The translations under genes were made by a program, and so were the position numbers. 64,000 nt of DNA from the human T2T-CHM13v2.0 reference genome, Homo sapiens, in assembly GCF_009914755.1 (NCBI RefSeq), contig NC_060937.1; one strand, given 5' to 3'. This document shows, in pieces, positions 54,504 through 64,000 of this stretch. Position 1 is the stretch's first letter. The number at the start of each line of letters is the position of its first letter. A model generated the notes under the pieces. The model was not told the DNA's origin. It searched no databases and saw only the letters and a list, made by a program, of their open reading frames with translations.

Positions 54504-55389
54504 TTATATAGTTTTTCATCTAGATGTATGCTTTAAAAATATGTTTTTATTTTATTGTGTTTTTAACATAGAAGTTTTCATAAGTTAAATTTTTTGTATG
54601 TAATCTTTATTGTCTAACTTTTGTATATAATCTTTATTGTATAACTTTGGATTCATCAATGTTACTGCATGTCACTGTAGTTTATTCATTTTAGCTGCTA
54701 CTAATATTTGGTTATGTAAATATACCACAGTTTATTGCTTACTGTCATGTTGATGAGCATGTGGGTTGTCTTCAGTTTTTAACCATTATGAACTGACTGC
54801 TATATGCATTCTTGTTTGTGTCTACTGTTGGACATGTGTACAAGTGAAAAGCTGTAAAAATGGGAAACCCACTTGTGCTTTACCCTTTTTCCATGTAGAT
54901 CCCTTTGAGTTTCTGTTCACTTTTGATTTTTTTTCTAGGCATTCAGGGGTTTTTATATTTTTGTCCCAAGTTTATTATTTATAGGAGGGTTGGTCTTATA
55001 GGAGCCATTTCTGTGTTACCAGCATCCATCTGAAATTGATTTTTATGTATAGTATGAGGTTTGACATTTTTTCCATATAGATAGTCAATTTTTTAGAACC
55101 ATCAATTTTAAAAATTGCATTTTTATACCACACATGTGTGCTACCTTTGCCCTAAATAAAATTGATGTAAGTTGGTTTCTGAGCTATTTTGCTTTATGTT
55201 TAAAATTTTTTCTATTTTTGCACCATATTGCACTATCTTAATTCTGATAAGGAGCAAGTTCTCCCATCATTTTCATCTTATTCAAAAGTATCTTGGCTAT
55301 TCTTGGCCTTTGCATTTCTATATAAATCTTAGAACAGATTGTCAGGTTCCAAATACTTTCTCTCTCTCTCTCTCTCCCTCTCTCTCTCT

Positions 55390-55670
55390 TTTGAAACAAG
55401 GTCTCACTCTGTGGCCTGGGATGGAGTGCTGGGGCATAATCATGACTCATTGAAGCCTTGACCTCCCAGGCTCAATATCCTCCCATCTCAGCCTCCCAAG
55501 TAGCTGGAACCACAGGTGTGTCCCATTATGTCCACTAATTTTTTATTTGTTGTAGAGATGGAGTCTCTTTATGTTGCCTAGGTTGGCCTCGAATTCCTGG
55601 GGTCAAGAGATCCTCCCATCTCAGCCTTCTAAAGTACTGGGATAACAGGCATGAACCACCATGCCAGCCC
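55390..55670 (-). mobile_element. AluJ
   Basis: Diverged reverse dimer with TC tail. Confidence 0.85.
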
Positions 55671-55692
55671 CCAAATATTCTTTAAAAACTGA

Positions 55693-55983
55693 TTTTCTTT
55701 TCTTTTCTTTTCTTTTTTTTGAGACGGAGTCTCGCTCTGTTGCCCAGGCTGGAGTGCAATGGCGAGATCTTGGCTCACTACAACCTCTACCTCCCGGGTT
55801 CAAGCAGTGCCCTGCCTCAGCCTCCTGAGTACCTGGGATTACAGGCACCTGCCACCACATCCAGCTAATTTTTTTTTGTATTTTTAGTAGAGATGGGGTT
55901 TCATCATCTTGGCCAGGCTGGTCTTGAACTGACCTCGTGATCCACCCGCCTTGGCCTCTCAAAGAGCTGGGATTACAGGAGTG
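55693..55983 (-). mobile_element. AluS
   Basis: Reverse dimer. Confidence 0.9.
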
Positions 55984-56118
55984 ATTATTTTTTTTAAAAA
56001 CCTTTTAATCAAGACTGCTATAAATCTCTAGGCTGACTTAGGGAGAATTGACATCTTCACATTGTTAACACTTCTAATTCACGAACTTAGTATCCTTCCA
56101 TTAATTTCATTGTTCTGA

Positions 56119-56483
<365 letters not shown>

Positions 56484-56498
56484 TTAAAGTATTTTTGA

Positions 56499-56843
<345 letters not shown>

Positions 56844-56935
56844 TGATACCTTTTTTAAAAGATAGTGTCTTTTTAAGAATTTGATTTTCTGTTTGTTGCT
56901 GGTATGTAGAAATACAATTAATTTTTATATACTGA

Positions 56936-57282
<347 letters not shown>

Positions 57283-58744
57283 CAAAACCATTTTTAATTC
57301 AAATGATTTATTTGTAGTTTTTTTGAGGTTTTCTATGTCCAAAATCATATCATCTGTGAATATTGAGAGTTTTCTTTCTTCCTTTCCCATTCTTAAATAT
57401 TTTATTTATTTTTCTTACCTTACTGCACTGTCTAGATTCTTCAGTTTGTTGCTGAACAGAATTCGTGATGGTAGGTGTCTTTGTCTTTTTCCTGATCAAC
57501 GTACGGCATAGCTGGGGGTCACCGTACTCTTTTCAGAGCTTAACCTAGTCCAGCCCTGGTCCCCACTGCCACTCAATCACATACATCTATGCATCTTCCT
57601 GGAATTATGCTTGGTTATGCCTTTCTTAGTTTAGACAGTTGACCAAACAAGTCATCCAGTCTTTATCTCTAGAACAAGAACTCCACCTGGTTTAGTCCAC
57701 GAACTCCGAACACTGAAGGAGTAACTCCTTCCTTAGTTCCTCCATCAGCTTAGCATAGATTTTTGCCAAATATAATTGCTCAGCACTTGCCTGGTTATGG
57801 TATTACGCTATTTGCTTCAGCTTGGTTTTATCCTGCTGTGCTATCTGCATCTCACCTTAGGAAACGTGGCCTCAGTACCTGCACCATTAGGCACAAACTC
57901 CAGAGTCTGTGTCACAGAGCCAGTTTTCCGTAGTTTCTTCCACTACTTCTGGAGCGTGTGACTGCTTGGTTCAGCCTCAGTGCCTAGTGTCTTGAAAACA
58001 AGCCAAGACCCCCAATCATTGCACGTGGTCCAAACATTTTAAATGAGGACATTTGTTTTACCCAACAGCATAGTGTTCCCTTCCTCTAGAGGCAGGGTAA
58101 AATAACCCATGAGCAAGCAAATGCCATAATTCCTTCTAATTTTTGTAACTGGAATGTAATAAGAGGACACAAGACGGGAATCCTGAAGTATTCAAGAACA
58201 GTGATTAGTCTGATAGCCATCTGCACCTAATCATCCCAGCTGCCTGAAAAGTTAACTCATGACCTCAGTGGACTTATCACCCCCTGGTATTTGTAGAGCC
58301 ACATTGTAATTTAGTGCTTTGTTTGTGCACTAAAGTGTTTCTATACACTAACTTCCTAGTTGACGTGTCCTTTTGTTCATTATCAGCCGCCAATTTCACA
58401 TTCCAGTCGGTTGTCAGGAGTGGCTAGACTCTCTGATCATAGGCAAGCCTGCAGCGCTGCTTTTCAATACACTTTTAAAACAGTATTTGACGTTTATGCA
58501 TGTATATTGTCTACCAGCAAGTATATCTATTGCTGTCAAACAAAGCCCTGGATTTGATTAAAAAAAAATTTGTCTTCCTTTATTTACTTGAGGCCAAAGG
58601 GGGCATTCATTGTATCACAGGACTGGCTTTTTAGCAAAATTCTGACTTTACTATAAGGACACGTGGCAGTGAGTTAAGGGGTTAGCAACAACCTGACAAG
58701 AAAATACTGTCTGACGGATCTGTTAGTAATAACATGGAGTTGCG

Positions 58745-59062
58745 CTTTTTTTTTCTTTTTTCTATTTTTTTTTTTTTTGAAACAGGGTCTTACTCTGTCA
58801 CCCAGGCTGGAATGCAGTGGTGCAATCTCAGCTCACTGTAGCATTGACCCCCCCGGGCTCAGGTGATCCTCCTTCCTTAGCCTCCCAAGTAGCTGGGACC
58901 ACAGGTGTAGACCACCACACCCAGCTAATTTTTGTATTTTTTGTAGAGATGGGGTTTCACCATGTTGCCCAGGCTGGTCTTAAACTCCTGAGCCCAAGCA
59001 ATCCGCCTGCCTCAGCCTCCTAAAGTGCTGGTATTACAGGAGTGAGCCACAGTATCCAGGCT
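58745..59062 (-). mobile_element. AluJ
   Basis: TSD TGGAGTTGC. Confidence 0.9.
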
Positions 59063-59149
59063 GGAGTTGCTTTTCCTATAAACCTTTTCTGACGCAACTT
59101 CAAGAGACTGAGTTGGCTAGTCCCTGCTTTATGATTCTTCATACACTGG

Positions 59150-59336
59150 ATCACCTATTATTCTAGTGCCAATACGTCTTGGTTACAACTGTTAACTCAT
59201 ATGTGTTTCCTTACTTAACTTTAAACACCCCAAGGGCAGGGACCATATCTTACTGATCTTTGTATCTCAGCACCTAGCAAGCCTCCTGGCACCAAATAGG
59301 CACTCAATAAATTGTTGATGAATGAACGAATGAATC
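59150..59336 (+). mobile_element. L2 3' end
   Basis: GGGCAGGGACC...TAGGCACTCAATAAAT...TGAATGAA. Confidence 0.8.
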
Positions 59337-59683
59337 AACTACATGCTCTGAGTCTGTGCACAGCCAAGGAGAAAGGAGAGGTTCAGGACCTAACCTTGTG
59401 ATTCAGACACAGGATTATTAAGCTAATCTTAATTAATTAATCTTAATGAAGTCTAGAGTAGTGCTGGAAATGAAATGACTTAAACACTGTTTCTGATACC
59501 CACAAGTAACGCTCCCACATTGTTACCTCCTATCATCAGTATAGTTCAAGTATAATCTGCCCCACCTCCCCTCTTCTACCAAACAGTTTGGTCATTATGT
59601 AAGTCCTTAATTTTAAATTGCTATTAAGGATATATCTGTAACAAAGGTAACAGCTTTTAAGTTTCCACTATAGAAATTGTTCA

Positions 59684-60323
<640 letters not shown>

Positions 60324-60712
60324 AATCTCTGTTTTTAAATGTGCCTTGACTATAAAATGAAAATTTATCTGATTGAATTAAGATATGCTTTTGTATTTTA
60401 ATAAAATGATTAGAGTAGCAACATGACTGGTGATTGTATATTTTCACTGGATACATTTTAAGAATTACATGTTTTTTTTTCCTTTACATGCTGTTACTGT
60501 GAATAATATAACTTCTACTCTGAATTCTGTGGACCTATGGCGATGGAGCTTAGGGAGCTCTCAGTTGTACTCAAGGTGTGCTCATTATTTTTGTTATGGC
60601 AGCCTAGGATGACTATTAGAGCTCGATTTCCAAAAGCTCCATTTGATTCACAAAAGAGGGGCTTGGGAAGAGGGCAGGTGACAGGGGGCTTGAAGATTTT
60701 GTTTTGAACTTC

Positions 60713-61162
60713 TGTTATGGATTGAATTGTATCCCCTCTAAAGTCATATGTTGGAACCCTAGAGTGGCTATATTTGGAGATGAGACCTTTAAGGAAGTAA
60801 CTAGGGTTAAATGGGGTCAAAACAGTGAGGCCCTGGTCTAATAAGATTACTGTCCTTAGAAGAGGAGACACCAGGCAGCTGAAGTGCTCTCTCTGTCTCT
60901 CTCTCTCTGTCTCTCTCCGTGTGTGTGTGTGTGTGTGTGTGCATGCATGTGTGTGTGTGTGTGTATGTCCCTGCTCAGAAGAAAAGCCATGAGGACAAAG
61001 CAGCCATCTTCAAGCCAGGAGGAGAGCTCTCACCAGAAATCAAACCTTGTGATGCCTTGATCTTGTACTTCTGGCCTCCAGAACTGTCAGAAAATGCATT
61101 TCTGTTGTTTAAACCCTACAGTCTGTGGTATTTTGTTATGGCTGACTGGGCTAAATGTTACA
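60713..61162 (+). mobile_element. MLT1A-type LTR with internal (TC)n(TG)n
   Basis: TGTTATGGATTGAATTGT start; GGTATTTTGTTATGGC end. Confidence 0.82.
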
Positions 61163-61746
61163 ACTTCTATGGTGTTTGAAGTTTTCCATCAAAAATTTGT
61201 TTTTGTATTACTTTTGTCAAAAAAGGAGCCAAGAAATGTAACTCCCATCCACTGATAATTTAGCCCCCCTCACCTCCAAAATGAAGCTTTTCATTCTGGA
61301 GCAGGTATGTCCTTCATCATCCTCAAATCATGCTGGCTCTATTTATAAACAAACACAGAATAGTGTAATGGCATAAACTTTGAGAACTGGTGATGCTTTA
61401 ATCTTTTGTCTTAGACAAACAGAGGTCTGGGATGCTGGGCTGGGACTGAGGTACTCTAGCTGGGAAGCTGAGGCAGGGATCTTCGAGACAAAACTATGCT
61501 TGGGTGAACTCTGCAATGCACGGGTGAGATCAAAGAAGGAGAATTTGTAGGGGGTGGGTGAAGAAAACTACCATGAGCATTCATTCACACTATACTACTT
61601 TTAAAGAATCAGTTTACAAGGAGTTGGGATGATAGGCTGATGCTTAACTGGGTGAATCGTTGATTTTGTGTTACTGTGCAATTTAGTTTACTGTAGAAAT
61701 TACTGAAAGCAGCAGAAATTACTGAATGCTCAATGGCCACAGACTT

Positions 61747-62276
61747 TATGGTAGATTAAAGATTGAGGCAAATTCTTTGTTATTTCTTCATTGAGAGGTG
61801 AAGTGTAATAACTCACTCGAATCTGCATTGCCATAAGTGACTAGTTTGATAAAGATGACACTGCAACAGTGTCATGTGGGACTTCTGAGTCTCAGTTGTA
61901 AGAAGCTTTGCAGCTTCTACCTGGGTCTCTTGGTCTCTGGGAGTCTTGAGCTGCCATGAGAAAATTTCAGCTATTCTAAGACTACCTGTTTAGAGAGGCT
62001 TCTGATATACAGTACCTGTTTATTCAAGCCTTCTAGCCATTCCTGCCAAGGTGCCAGACACAAAAGTGATGCTGTTTTAGATTCTCCAAAGCAGCTGATC
62101 CACCAGCAGAATACCATCAAATGATCTTTGTTGTGCCATGTGGGACAGAAGAATCACCCTGCTGAGCCCTGCCCAGATACCATACCTATAAAATAAGGAG
62201 GTATAATAAAATACTTGTAGTATTAAGCCATTAAGTTTTGGCATAGTTTGTTATACAGCAACCAATAACGAGAACA
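61747..62276 (+). mobile_element. MLT1G/H-type LTR
   Basis: GGTAGATTAAAGAT...CAAGGTGCCAGACA...TTAAGCCATTAAGTTTTGG...GAACA. Confidence 0.7.
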
Positions 62277-63489
62277 GTTATTACCATTAACAAAACAAAC
62301 CAGTCTACTAGTTTGCAAGTTGATTCTGTTGCAGGCTCCTTAGCTCCTTTTAACCCTGAGGAGCAAGATTTAATATCAAGTAAAGGGGAAAAACATACAG
62401 GTTGTAAAGTATGTAGGAGGAGACTTTCTCTTGATACAAGAATAATTGCTCAACAGCTGGAGAAATTCTGTAGGTGACACCCTACCCCTTATAATATTAG
62501 ACAGTTTTGGGTGGGGAGGATCAGGGAGAAGTTAGCCAGGAACCCCTCAGCATGGCTGGGACTCTGTTGTAATCTCTCCTGGCTCCTGGCTCATATTTTT
62601 TAATCCTGAAAAAAGTTAGCCTTTTGTTCGTCACTGCCTAGACAGAAATAAGCTCTCTTTTCCAGATTTTCTGGGAGTAGCCAGTCAGGCACAAACTTTT
62701 ACTTTCCTCAAAGAGAGACAAATTTTCTCTGATCACATATATCATTTTTCACCTGTATGATTTATTATAGCTTAAGGGAAATTCTTTAAAAAAAGAAATG
62801 GTCCAAATCTGAACTATTAGAATATTATAATTAAAAACACAAACAAACAGAAATATAATATTTTATATTCCTTGGTAATATTTGTCTATTGTGGAGAGGA
62901 TTCCGGAGTCACTCAACATAGTCTTAGTTTTAGAGGTTATGTTCAAGACTACATTTCTTTTTCTTTTCAAACTCATAATTTCTAATTTTTAAAGTTTTGA
63001 AATGTAAATTATCTTCATTAGACTGAGAAAATAGAATGTTTTTACATGAGGGCCAATTACACATCTAGTAATGATAGTGTTTAAAAGAAGAGTAGAAGCA
63101 GAAGACAAAGCTAGAGGACACAAAGTTTTACTGAAAAATTAACATATAATAACATACTTTAATGATGTTTATTTGGTGGGGTTCCATCCACTTTGCTTTA
63201 GCCATGGGCTTTTTGCTTTCATCTGTTTTAGGGAATATGTTGCTTAAGGAAAATATTAGTAATGTCTGCAGAGCTGGGCTAATAAATTCCATTGCTGACT
63301 GGACTCCTTACTCAATCTGATAAATCAGTGGTTTTGTGGTTTCTGAAATCAGCAGAGCCCATCAATTAAAATACATACTGCAATTAATGTTTTTAATTAT
63401 TAACACTCCAAATAAAACATTATCAGGGAGAATAAGCAATATATGCTGAGAAGGTGGTACACTATACAGAACAGCACAATATAAGGAAC

Positions 63490-63979
<490 letters not shown>

Positions 63980-64000
63980 AAAATGCTATTTCTTAAACTG

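Overview
Primate (human-like) genomic DNA containing one protein-coding gene, the intronless SoxB2 transcription factor SOX21 (CDS 46724-47554, minus strand). It sits in a ~17 kb transposon-poor, CpG-island-rich domain (~35.6-53 kb). That domain also holds a divergent plus-strand lncRNA (SOX21-AS1-type; TATA, one GT-AG intron and poly(A) signals are visible) and several enhancer-like motif clusters. Both flanks are dense in Alu, L1, L2, MIR, MaLR/ERVL LTRs and hAT DNA transposons, often nested, and include a 7SL pseudogene. I found no convincing new multi-gene system. The best leads are small-scale: six same-strand CTATTCA sites with a 27/28-bp tandem duplication in an enhancer-like block, a duplicated Pumilio-type motif and a hairpin cluster in the SOX21 3'UTR, a duplicated E-box/TGACA module, overlapping perfect palindromes at 14.1 kb, and a probable mini L1 3' transduction. 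Repeat boundaries and subfamilies were judged by eye from remembered consensus sequences and are approximate.
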